Position numbers and translations under genes: made by a program. Below, one piece after another: positions 52,367 to 64,000 of a stretch of DNA of 64,000 nt. Every line of letters begins with the position of its first letter. The stretch's first letter is position 1. Source of the DNA: Lingula anatina. Taxonomy: Eukaryota > Animalia > Brachiopoda. The notes beneath the pieces are model-generated. The model was not told where the DNA came from. It saw only the letters and a list, made by a program, of their open reading frames with translations, and searched no databases. Location of the stretch: NCBI GenBank assembly GCA_051362555.1, contig CM120641.1:25736401-25800400 (forward strand), in the 5' to 3' direction.

Positions 52367-55299
52367 TCAGTTCCGCGTGGAGAAAAAACACAGTGTCACA
52401 ATCACTGAGAAGTACCACAGCCAAGTATTCCCCAAACTGCGAGCCCTGTTACAACCGTCTTCCGCACAGCTTTGATAACACACTTGGATTTCGATTTTCC
52501 GTCTCGGGGGACCTATTTCTGTGACCCCTTTTTGGCAGTATTCGAAACTGGACAAATAAAATGGGCTGCAACTCCTAGAGAACGTCAGCTGAGTGCCTGG
52601 AAATGTATGATGGGAACATTTTAAAACTTGATCGCAAAACTCTAAGAAAACCAGTTATGATGGTGATAGGCACTTTGTAAACGATTTACATGGGGGTGCG
52701 TGGGGTGGGCAACCAAATTTTTGTAGCCATGCTGCATTAACTTTCATTATTACTCTTTTTCAATGCAGATGGTCAAATGTTGTTGTTGCCTACTTACTGC
52801 TGTGGATGTAAAATTCATGACTTCCATATGAAAAAATTAGGGAACTTCACTTTTTGCTATCATTACTGATAGGCCTACATTTCATAAACTAAAGGCGCTG
52901 ACACCATATTGCGAATATAATGTTGGGATATTATTTACAATCATGTTTGTTTGTTTGTGTATAGCATCGGCCACATCTCACGTGCGTGGGTCTTGTTTTT
53001 AACTGCTGAAGTAAAAATAATTTAATTAATTCATTGCGCTTGATTTGTTTTCAAAACACGACCCATTGCGCACCTTACCCGGTCGGAAGTTGAGCTCTTA
53101 TGGCATACAATTACTGACTTAAGACGTTTGAAAAACAAAACTCAGTGAGCTTAAAGTGTATCTAAATGCAAATTGACGCCTCTTGGATCAGCAGTAGTTT
53201 TGCAATTCTGTGGGTCTTCATTAACCGTGCTCGGGTTTCTATCAAAATGGCTATATTTTGCTTAGAGGGAAAAGCATGAACTTCTGCTCAATTGCGCACG
53301 CTCTTAGGTGGTCTGAGAATGCTATTTTGTATGTGCCATGTCCAATTTATATGAAACGTAGTCAGTGAGAGAAAGAGAATTAGCATGCTTAAATGCCTTA
53401 AAAGGTCTTCACACTCTGGCATATGTACTGTATATATGCTCCAACTTTCAAACCAGGTCTTTTACAGTAAATATCTTACCTACATGTTTGTAAACAAATA
53501 TATTCGTATGCAAAATATGGAAACACGAGGAAGAAAACCTCATCTATAGAAGAAATACATATTTGCAAAAGAATAGTTTTTCATATCGAATCTTACCATT
53601 TTCATCTATCTCCCTGACGATCATGCAGAACTTATTCTCCATTCCTGGGATACAGTTGCCCTGGATATCTCGCGCTATACACGTCGAGCAGTTGATGGGG
53701 GGCGGAGGCCGGGCCTCACAGAGAGGGTCCGTGGTACTGTCACAACTGACACACATTAAGGCAGCACCTGGGGATGGTAAAAAAAAAAAGAAATAGACGT
53801 TGGTAGTACTCTGGCGTTTTCTTAATGTTTTTTTTTTCATCCGACGTTAAAATGCGCGCGTTTTCATGAGTCAAATGTTGGTGTAAATATCCCGGATATC
53901 TGCTCAGAATTATTGTCTTTGAAACAGCAATAGATAGCAGGTTGATTACACTGTACAGTATTGTGTTATATTGTATTTGATTAATTTCGAATATCATTAT
54001 TTATTCAATGCCGCAATGAACACAGACATTGGTTGACAATTCTGTAATTTAGCTCAAAATCTAAGTACACTGGTTCTTTTTGCATTGGTCAAAGAAAACT
54101 GAAAAGGACGAGAACAGTTAAATTATGTGAACTAATTTTTAAAATTCTTTTTTTTTTTTTTTTTTTTTTGTACATTGTACACATACTTTTGACAACAGAG
54201 GTTTTCAAAACACCCCAGAGACTAAATGAAACCCTCTCCACCCCCACCCCTCTCAGAAGCATATTTATGCTAAATCCCGCTTGAATAAAGCAATATAAGA
54301 AAAACACAATAAATAAATAAGGTAAATCTTCTTCTAATAAAATAGTTCAAAAGAATCTGATTCATTAAGAAGACATCAACCTTTTGCTTTACATCCTACT
54401 TTATTTCCTTCATTAAAGCATTTTTAAGAGCGTGGCAGGATTTCAGCCGTTGTTCCACATATAAGAAAAAGAACGTTTTTATAGTATTAGACCAGCGGTT
54501 CACCTACGGAAGTTGGACAAAGCAGCCTTCTGTACGCCTAGCTTCAACTTATCGGACACGTAGACTCGCGACTCTATGAAAGTTTGTTTTTTCGTTTTTA
54601 TCACCGGCTTCCAGAGACTAATAACATTAGTTTTAATTGAAATCCCCTGGTGGTAAATTCAAAGACAACAAATGACCACACTATTAGGTATCATCGTGCG
54701 GTGAGCGAGGAATACTGACCCTGCAGTAGACCTAATGGGATTTGAGAGAGAGAGAGAGAGAAAGAATAAATACTTAATGTAAAACACAAGCTAAATAGTG
54801 ATGGCACGGGCAATGAAGGATTAATATACCAAATAGGCGTATACTAATTTAGTGTTTTAGATTAACACAGTGCATTTTGTCTTGCATTTTCCATATGCAT
54901 CATTGGCAAGTGTTGTCAATAAGATAGACTCACTAAGTACACATTGACTTAGAAAATTATATCAGAATGCAACTTTGTCAATACGTACACATTGCGGGAA
55001 GCTACTACACGTAGCAAAGCATTGATTCTTGGTAAAATCTTTGTGCCTAATTTTTTCAGAAAACAGACCCGAACCAATGCTCTTTGTAAGGTCACGTTCA
55101 ACCAGGATCAATACTAATTTTTGGCCTGAATGTTTTTTAGTTTTAAGATATAAAGAAAAACTGAAAGAATACATTTCAGAGGACTAAAAATCAACAGCCT
55201 TAAGATTCACATTCACAGCAAGCACTTACCTGTTCTTGTACAAACGAACAAATGGAAAAGCCACAACGAAACGCATGAACATCTCCAGTTGTAATTCAT
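52367..55299 (-). CDS. Ly6/uPAR three-finger (quiver/sleepless-like) GPI-anchored protein, 3 exons, 156 aa
   Basis: Exons (minus strand): 55299-55230 (signal peptide), 53767-53597, 52596-52367, with phase-1 introns. ALMCVSC...FCMIVRE...FSRSC...VCYQSCAEDGCN followed by a hydrophobic tail WLWYFSVIVTLCFF. Confidence 0.85.
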
Positions 55300-57770
55300 C
55301 GTTGTAGACGAATGTGCGTACACGCGCGTGCACACACACACACACACACCGACGCACCAACACACGAAAGGAACTGGAACAATCTTACTGTCTCCAGCAG
55401 AAAAAGTGACAAGTTAACGGCGTCTGGTCGTCACTACCATCGCCTCTCTGGCAACTACCATCTCTCTTCAGAATCTGATCCTTAGATATGTTTGTTTCTT
55501 TTCATGCCATAGTATCGTTTTCGTTTGTTTTCTGCCACATTGCACGCCTCCCAGCCTCTCGTCGGTGCGTGTTCGCGTGCGTCAGCTGGCCTCTTGCTCT
55601 GGTAGGCCCTGGTTTGCCGTGGCTTACAGTAAAACAAAACAAAAATAATCTGAGTGGATGAGATTTAGGATGTAATTGACGGTGCCAAAGATCAGTCGGG
55701 TGAAATACTGCCGAAGAGACGAATCTGAAATATTTTGATGCTAATTGACAGCCTAATTGTTCCTGGTGTGCCCACGTTTTAATGGTTCGGCTGATGGTTT
55801 GACCCAAATTATGTGCACTTCTCGAGAACGTCGATAAGATGGATATGCGATATCACTAGAGCATTTTATCAATTCTTCGTTTCATTAAACGCCCACGATT
55901 TCATTTCGCACTTCCATATCGCCTTTCTGGTTCTTTTCCCCATATCAGCTGTTATTCTTTCAAACAGCTAGTCTTGTCACAGACACTTCTGGCGTGTTTG
56001 GTTAAGTCTCTACCAATTCTGCAGTTTTCCCACTACCCGCTGTGCTGGGTTCTGCTGGAAGATACCGGAATGGTTTCATAAATTTTCCTCCCACAACCTT
56101 AGACAGCAGTTGGTTCCGGGGACTGGTCGTTCTCCTGTCCGACGAATTTCTTAGTTTATCGACTCCAACTAAGAGCTTGTTTTATCTTGGCAAATCACAA
56201 TCACTGAGAACTATTTACCGAAATGATGAATCAAGAAATTGTTATAATCTGACAGTTGTGTGCGGGCCTTATCTAAATATACCGACAGTCTCGAAGTTAA
56301 GGGTACCCCACAAAATAATTACCCTTGGGTTTATTTAATGAGTTAATCAAAATAATTAAGTTTCCACTGAAGACACAATGAGTTACCGTAACAAACTGAT
56401 CGATTCCCACTGTTGTGCAAACACTGAAATTTAGTTATGATATAGACGGCTTAAAATCCACAATGGTTACGACCTAATTACTGCCCAGTCTATCTCTCTG
56501 TGCTGCTCAGAATTCAGTGTATTTCTAACCACATTACATTGTATGCAAAATACCTTACACCGCGAACACTGTGGTGCTAGGAACTTGAACACTGTTTTCA
56601 ACGTAACTCGACTTCCAAAATCTGCAAAAGCTGTCAAATTTTGGCGATTAACACTTTATCTTGATTGTTATTAACTGCAATGTTTTTACCTCTCTGAGGC
56701 GGATGGTTTTTAATGAATATTGCGGCTTTAAGGTGTCATTTTGCCTACCGCTGTCGATACTGTCCAAATTAAATGTCACAGGTCGGTTAAGATTCAATCT
56801 TTTCAATAAATTACAGGGACTGTTTATTCGGTTTAACCTTTTCATCAAGTATTCTTTCATCAAGATTTTGTTTATTTCAACTATTTTAATTTTCGAAAAC
56901 ACAACCTTCGAAGATTTTGGAATTGATACAGGATCGACCAATAATCTTATTAATCTGATTTGATATCAAATAACTTTTTCATTCGGACTGGGATGTGATT
57001 ACTTTAACAGTTTGAAAAAAAGCAGTTTTTGTGCATTCATCCTATCGTTATTTTCTTAAACAGCCCTGCTCTCAGTAAATAGTAAAACTGACATTTTGCA
57101 TTTTAACTACAAAAATAATCTAATGCTGTGTAGGCTACAATAAAACCTTAAAACATTTGCAACGTCCAAAAATACACAATTCTGAACCATCGAATTATCA
57201 AAGTCCTCCCATTCCCAATTTCATTTCACATCATCTAATCGGTCAAAAAAATCCTTTATTATTGCCTTATGATGCTGTATCGACTGCTATCGTCGTCTGG
57301 AGTCAAACCTTGCAGACTAGCATTGCCGCCAGAAGCACTAATCGTATTGACTCTATAACTAAAATAATGTTTTTCGAAACCATACCCATGTTTCTTTACG
57401 CACTGCTGTTTTTCTTGTCAGTTCCAAGACGGTCAGTTGGGAATAGGGCTTTTAAGCTTCTAATCATTTTCAACCATCGAGATTGGATTTGAAAGTCAAT
57501 TGGACATTATTGACCTTAATATATTATTGAAAAATTTTAGTAATAATCAGCTTTTATTCACACACTGGTATTTTGGATCAAATGTGAAAATGTTCCTTCA
57601 GAATTCATCATCAACGGATCGATGGCTTCCCATCGGTTGCAGAGACAGGGATAATCTTGAAGTTGAAAGAACTTAATTTTTGTCAATTAATTAAATAAGG
57701 TAAAACACATCTGAAGACATTAATATGGCTTTTAACACGGAGTGGACGCGCTAACAAGCAGAATTAAAAG

Positions 57771-59355
57771 TTACGCGTGTGTAGTGTCATTGTTGGTAGT
57801 ATTAGCTGGCCCAGAGGACACGTGGTCGCCAACCTTTATTGCAAGCTTTATTTCTGTGGTTGTCTCTGCTGCCGAAATGGTCGTGTTTTCTTCAGCTGAC
57901 GTCACTGCTTTTCCCGATGATGTCACGGCAGGTGGTGAAGTCATTAGTTTTGTAGTTGGTATTGTAGTTTTGACGGTAGTCGTACTAGTTGTGGTGGTGG
58001 GTATTTCTAAAAAAAAAGTAAATAAAGTTAAACATTAATTTTACATTATTTTTATGATAAAACTTGTGAAATCTATATTTGGAAAACCAGAAACAAAATC
58101 CGATGTACGATCTGTCAGAAGATATGGGATGGATGAATGGCATTCGCAATTTCTCTAATTAAACATAAAAGAGGCTTGAAAAAACACTACGGCATGTTCT
58201 TATTATGAACTTTCTTTGAATGCGTTAGATGAGATGAATGGTGGCTCACCAGAACAATACATTTCTCCTGCAAGTGGTTTTCCCACATATCCCGCCGGGC
58301 ACTTATATACGCAGCTTTTCTGCTCAAACACAAATCTCCCGGGCTCACACCCAAAACACTTGTCTCTAGCGCTAAGAGAGTAACATCTGGTGCATCCCTT
58401 AACGCCACATTCTGAAAATTAAAAAAGAAATAAGTGGAAATAAAACTTTTTTGAAATACGTTCCAAATTTGCTGCTGGTATCGTTACATATGTACAACAC
58501 ATCAAAATGCACTCACGCTGTATCTATATACTCACAAGGGGTTACAGGAATAAATGTAAGGCGCGTTAGACATTTACAAGACGAATATGTATTTTTTCTT
58601 GGTTAGGATTGCCGGTTAAGGGAAACATCTTGAAATTCCCCGGAAAAATGTATAAAGGTGTAAGGCTCATTTTTGTAACTCTTAATGTGCATCTTTACTT
58701 ACTTCGGCAAGTTCTATATCTATAATCCTTTGTGTATCCCACGGGGCAATCTCTCACGCATTTAGCCGAAGCGCCAGCGTAGGCATAATACTTATAGTAA
58801 CCGATATAACATTCATAACAGCCGTAGGAGTAGCATTTGGCACAGTTTGGTTGTGAACATGCTGAGGAGAAAAGGTGGAAAATTAATACTTTATGTCCCC
58901 TTGATCTAAACCGAATTAAATAACATGAATAAAAGAATAGGACAAACACAAGTATGATGTTCGAAATTTGGCCGATGGCGGCCGCATTTATTAAAGGTCC
59001 CTCCGATAAAAGAAGTAAATTAGTTTAGTGGTAAACATTGAGTAATGTTGAATGATATTTACGTTATTTTTACGCCTGAAAAAACTACAGTTAACATATA
59101 ATTTCTAAACAAATGGTACACACATTTCAATTTGTGGGGTTGCAAAGAGGCTGTTGATAAGTAAGTGGGAAATGGAAATGTAGGCCTAAACTGGCTGAAA
59201 ATTATTTAAGAAAGAAATATCTACTTACTTAGATAATCTGCTGATTGTACATCTGATTTAAAGAAAAAATACTCACTGGTATCCAACCAGAATCCCCTGA
59301 CCACTGCCACACCACAGAGCAGTACAAAAAGTGTGAGGAAACATGTCGCCTTCAT
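57771..59355 (-). CDS. Secreted protein with two furin-like Cys-rich repeats and a Thr-rich mucin-like tail (R-spondin-like layout), paralog A, 4 exons, 211 aa
   Basis: Exons (minus strand): 59355-59277 (signal peptide MKATCFLTLFVLLCGVAVVRG), 58861-58703 (FU1, 8 Cys), 58411-58250 (FU2, 8 Cys), 58006-57771 (EIPTTTTSTTTVKTT...NNDTTHA*). All introns are phase-1 GT-AG. Confidence 0.85.
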
Positions 59356-59469
59356 GTTGACTTGTCCAATTATCAAATTTACTCTGTGAAATGTTGAAGA
59401 AGGTAGAAATGCGATGTCCGTCTGTTCGTTCCGGTGTACAATGTCTCTTGCACTGCCTATCACATATCC

Positions 59470-59476
59470 TTTTATA
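59470..59476 (-). promoter_or_regulatory. TATA box of furin-like repeat gene A
   Basis: CTATAAAAG on the minus strand about 115 bp upstream of the ATG. Confidence 0.6.
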
Positions 59477-59606
59477 GCCCCGGGGGTACGTGTCTGGTTA
59501 AATTATTTATGTATTTCTTTTCATCAAGGAAGGTCTTATTCCTGTTAAATCGCCATCATAAGGAAAAGGAGCGTTCTGATATCACCGATTGTTTACGTGA
59601 TCTGAA

Positions 59607-59641
59607 AAATAAATAAATAAATGAATAACTAACTAACTAAC

Positions 59642-59684
<43 letters not shown>

Positions 59685-59715
59685 ATCATAAATAAATAAA
59701 TAAATAAATAAATAA
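59607..59715. repeat. (TAAA)n/(TAAC)n microsatellite
   Basis: Direct reading. Confidence 0.9.
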
Positions 59716-60047
59716 GGCCAAAGAAGAAAGTAGTATTTGTACCAAGTAGATGCAGGATCGTATGGTCATTAGACTTTACATGTGGCTAAATTGCTAAATA
59801 AAAAAAAGACTACAAATTGCGCTTTGAGGTAGTGACTAGTTGGGAATTTTATTGATAAGTGGATCTGAAATTTATGCAAGTTACTAGAAGGGGAAGGTGT
59901 AATGGTGACATAATCAGAAATGTAGCCATCAAATCTGCATTACACCATGTCCTTGGAGACAGCACCCGGTTTAAGGGCGAACCGGGGACACGTACTATTT
60001 TTGGTGTACATGTAATGCACCAATAGTGGAGAGGTGGGATTTGTCAT

Positions 60048-60049
<2 letters not shown>

Positions 60050-60096
<47 letters not shown>
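60050..60096. repeat. (CA)n microsatellite
   Basis: Direct reading. Confidence 0.9.
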
Positions 60097-60105
<9 letters not shown>

Positions 60106-60309
60106 GCAACGAAAATTGGAGTTGTGTAAAAGAGGAAAAAGAGGATGTTTCTGTTGAATATCTTTATTCTTGTCACATCATATCATCTCTGTTACGTTAG
60201 GGTGTTTCATCACTTGAGCAGTTCATATGGACATGGGCAGAATAGCCCTTGTATTTTCTTATTTTATCGTATCACAGACTGTAACTTAATTTTTTTGTTC
60301 GTGTGTTAT

Positions 60310-61392
60310 TGATATTACTCTGACTATCACGTATCATTTTATAGCCCAAGTGAACCGTGTACTGAAATTTATTTGCTATCAAAAAAGACTTTATTCTAGT
60401 TAAAGCGGCATCACAAGGAAAAGGAGCGTTCTGAAATCAACAGTTGGCTACGTGATCTGAAATAAACAGATAATAAATAAGCCCTCGAGAGAGTGGCATA
60501 TTTAACAAGTGAATGAGTGACTACATAATCAATGCAGCAAAGCTGTCGAATGTACAGACAAAAACTGAAAATAATGATGCACAAAAAAGTCATTTTGTCA
60601 ATTTTGATGCAATAATACATTTTGCTCAACAATGAAATCAATACCAAATTTTAAATATGCACAACAGGTAGCACAGATATTAAGAATATGTAACTAGCGT
60701 AAGGCTTCAGGCCCATGAGAATTATAAGACACCTGACTTTTAACTAGCACATCTTGATGTTAATTGTGTTTAAATTTGTTTGATGACATTTGTTGGTGTC
60801 TTTTCAATTTAATGAACATTTCTTTACCTCTGTGGAAGTCACAGTGAAAAATCAGATTTGAGGGGGGCCATGTTATAAGCTAGATATGATAACTGGAATA
60901 AAAATCATCGTTTAAAACAATTTACACCTGTGAGGTGATCATTTGTAAATAAAAGTAAATGGAATTGGAGGTGGGACAACCATTTGACCAATGTTGTATG
61001 CTTAATTCATAAAAAGCATAAAAAAGGATAACTTTCGAAAAAAAATGGTCCGATCAAGCTGGTTTCCACTCTTCGTGTTATCCCTCAAAGTGCAGGGCGA
61101 CAGCGACGACAGACGCAGGGGACTGCTACATGTACAGGCACTATATATCTGCACGTAAAAAGTCTACAGCAAGCTGTGGCATGTTGGGAATTATGATCAA
61201 AAATGGGCCTAAAATTTATGCAAGTTACTTGTAGGGTTAGATGTAATAATGGCATTATCAGAATTGCAACCATCAAATCTGCTTTACACCATGTCCTTGG
61301 AGATAGCACCCGGTTTAAGGGCGAACGTACTCGTAGCACGTAGTATTTTTGGTGTGTACGTATATTACACCGATAGCCGGAGGGAGAGGTGG
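60310..61392 (-). repeat. Diverged duplicate of the gene A promoter and upstream region
   Basis: TATA region 60310-60348 resembles 59445-59480; 60410-60480 resembles 59556-59620; 61182-61392 resembles 59839-60038. Confidence 0.7.
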
Positions 61393-61631
61393 TTTTTTAT
61401 TATTTATATATTTATTTGTTATTCGGTAGCTATTTTCCCATGTTATAGCCACTTTGAAATGAGGGCAAAATCCCTGTGACTATATATACATCCTTAGAGA
61501 AAGATACACTCTTTCACACCTAAACTTATCAGATGGTGGGTAAATTAAATGTAAATGAAGACAGTTGTATATGTCAAAATTGTTTTAACACCTACACACT
61601 TTTACGCAAAATATTAATAAAAGATGTCCTT

Positions 61632-61674
<43 letters not shown>

Positions 61675-62298
61675 GCCCTAGCTTTACATTAATTTGCAAA
61701 ATGGCAATGCAAAATCAATCACATAATGGTACTGCACCAATTATGTTATATCATATTGTACATTGTCACAATTATGTATGTACCACTACAGGAATAAATT
61801 GAATTGAAATTAAATAAACCTACATTCTTTTAATAAAGATCTTAAGTGGATTGTCGTATAAAAAGACCTTAAAAACCAAGGAGATTATCCAAGGGCTATA
61901 AACACGCTCATCTCTCTGTTCTGAATCAAAATGTCGAAGTGTGGATTTCCTAATACATGTAGAATCCAGAATGCAAAAGCAGGGCGGGCGTTAAATCATC
62001 CCCGTACTTGACACGTTTTCTTTAACACGAGAAAAAACCCAACGTGTCATCGAGCTGAGTTGTTAATTTTTAGGCCTACGATTTTTTGTATAGTTTTTTT
62101 ATTAATGCAACTCTGACCTTAGCATACACTTCGATCCACTTTAGTACTATAGTACCTAAAAACATCGAAAAACTTCGTACAACATCGTGTACAACTATAT
62201 GGTCTTTCAAGAAGATGTCTGGCTCTTTTGTTTTTTTAGTTTAATGGATGAAATGATGTTAAGAAGGCACACAGACCCATAATTTTTTTTTTTTCATT

Positions 62299-62301
<3 letters not shown>

Positions 62302-62344
<43 letters not shown>
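62302..62344. repeat. (GA)n microsatellite
   Basis: Direct reading. Confidence 0.9.
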
Positions 62345-62346
<2 letters not shown>

Positions 62347-63028
62347 GAAAAGGGACTTGGTCAAGCAAAATATATAACTGAAACAAAAACAAAAAAAAAC
62401 ACAAGTATATATTTCAAAAGAATTTTTATTTATGTCTTCTTTAGATTAAACATTCATTTCGAAAATAACATCTTCAAATTGATGGTATTTTCCACGGCTC
62501 CGTATACGATACTTAATTCTAACGTGAGAAATTGATCAGATGTGAATTCTCAACAAAAAAATACAATATCCGTACTAAGAGTTACTCCATGCCCCAGATA
62601 AGAGGCAAGTAAATAGTCGTCGCAGTTCCAAATATAGGTTAGATTTAACATGCTCTTAAAATTACTAGTACTTTCTTATTGTGTATGAGAGGTGTGGGGG
62701 GGGGGGGGGAGAGAGGGGAGGATAAGGAGGTAATCTACATCCTTGCCCACAACCCAAGCCTGAACAGAGAAGGGGGGAGACACCAATTGTTTCACATATG
62801 GGACAGCAATATCACCGAGACACTAGTGAATAGTGCTCAGTCTCAGAGGAATACACACTGAGGAAGGTCACAGTGGTGATCGAAAGCTTTGCTTAGGTTC
62901 AGCTCAAGTAAGTGTAGAAATTGAAACGTTTAAGCGTCTAAAATACTGTCTTTCTATGTTGATTTTACTGTTAAATATGGTTGAAGATGTGTCTGGTCAA
63001 CAACGGTTGCTGGTAAAGCTGACAGCTT

Positions 63029-63775
63029 CTACGCCTGTTCTTCCGTGGTTGCCGATGACGGCGCTGGAGACGTCGGGATTGTCGTGGTTGGAATTTCTGA
63101 GAAAGAAAAAAAAAACGAGATTTTGAACACAAGGTTAGGCTTTTCGTCCTATACATAGAGGGTCTCCGCTACATGCCTTGGCATATGACCGTTCTTATAT
63201 AAGCAATCGAAGCATGCAGAATTTTTACCGATATTTATAGGGTGAGGTCTTTTCGTTCTCAGTCTCAATTTTTTTGTTTTGTATTACTTTTTGCTTTGGA
63301 CTTACTCTTTAAACACTTCAGTGTTGTATATGACTTCTTTAAGATGGCATTACGTTCAGAAACTGTTTAAACAGTTAAAATTTTAGTTGAGATGATGAAA
63401 CTTTTTATTGACTTGGGTTACTGGAAAGGCTCGTAGGAAGGAAATTTTAAGTGGAAGAGGGGTAACTGGGGCTAGTAAACCAAAGAGAAAAAAACTCAGC
63501 CCTCCTACTTCCTGCGAAGATGACTAAGATGGTTGAAGAAAGGAGGAGGGTAAGGCACACCCTCCCCCCTCCTCCAGCTGCTACGTCTGAAGACGATATA
63601 AATGAATGCTTACTAGAACAATACATTTCCCCTGACAACGGTTTCTCCTCGTATCCCTCTGGACAGCGAGACACACAGCTTGTCTGCTCAAGCACAAATT
63701 TTCCGGGCTCACACCCAAAACACTTGTCTCTTGCGCTGCTGGAGTAACACCTAGTGCATCCCTCAACGCCGCATT
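63029..63775 (-). CDS. Furin-like repeat protein paralog B, last two exons (5' part beyond the window)
   Basis: Exons (minus strand): 63775-63614 (CGVEGCTRCYSSSARDKCFGCEPGKFVLEQTSCVSRCPEGYEEKPLSGEMYCS) and 63096-63029 (KIPTTTIPTSPAPSSATTEEQA*). Same FU2 exon length (162 nt) and phases as paralog A. Confidence 0.85.
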
Positions 63776-64000
63776 CTAAAAAGCAAATAATAAGAATCTA
63801 TATATCTGCGAACCAGGGGGAGATTCCCACAGTAACGCTAGCACCACATTGGGTTATATACATGTACGACCGTTTTAAATTTTAACATGGTTGATTAGTT
63901 CTCATAGACTGCATTCACAACGGTTTGAACAAAAAACGTCTTTTAAAAGGACCCTTCATTCCACCCCCACCCCACCCCCACCCCCCACCCGTTCTTCTAT

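Noticed and set aside
55860-57500. Coding-like composition between the Ly6 gene and FU gene A
   Set aside because: In the parts I translated, frames close within about 60 codons and I found no consistent splice chain or recognisable domain.
57742-58038. Hydrophobic Val-rich plus-strand ORF resembling a membrane protein
   Set aside because: It is the antisense shadow of the Thr-rich last exon of FU gene A.
62971-63156. Highly basic ORF (PRQSRRLQRRHRQPRKNRRRS) resembling an R-spondin basic tail
   Set aside because: It is a shifted frame of the Thr/Pro exon. The phase-1 splice gives KIPTTTIPTSPAP..EEQA*, homologous to paralog A.

Overview
AT-rich, intron-rich animal genomic DNA. The repeat content looks lophotrochozoan or mollusc-like, but the taxon cannot be fixed from the sequence. 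By hand-splicing GT-AG introns I recover two head-to-head housekeeping pairs: RRS1(-)/ARHGAP17-44-like BAR-RhoGAP(+), and FAM136A(-)/adenosine kinase(+). They are followed by a minus-strand cluster of small membrane or secreted protein genes: an orphan two-TM protein, a GPI-anchored Ly6/uPAR (quiver-like) protein, and at least two tandem paralogs with an R-spondin-like signal peptide-FU1-FU2 layout ending in a Thr-rich tail instead of TSP1. Non-coding DNA holds nested Helentron-derived HINEs (one with a 161-bp satellite showing A-A-B higher-order structure), an IS3EU-like foldback element, a 3.3-kb EnSpm/CACTA-like element and several MITEs. The most notable signals are the Tyr-rich R-spondin-like family with a duplicated promoter, an in-frame duplicated ADK splice acceptor that differs only at synonymous sites, and a large optional ARHGAP exon. 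Family assignments rest on recalled motifs, not database searches. Most ORFs in the supplied track are spurious or exon fragments.
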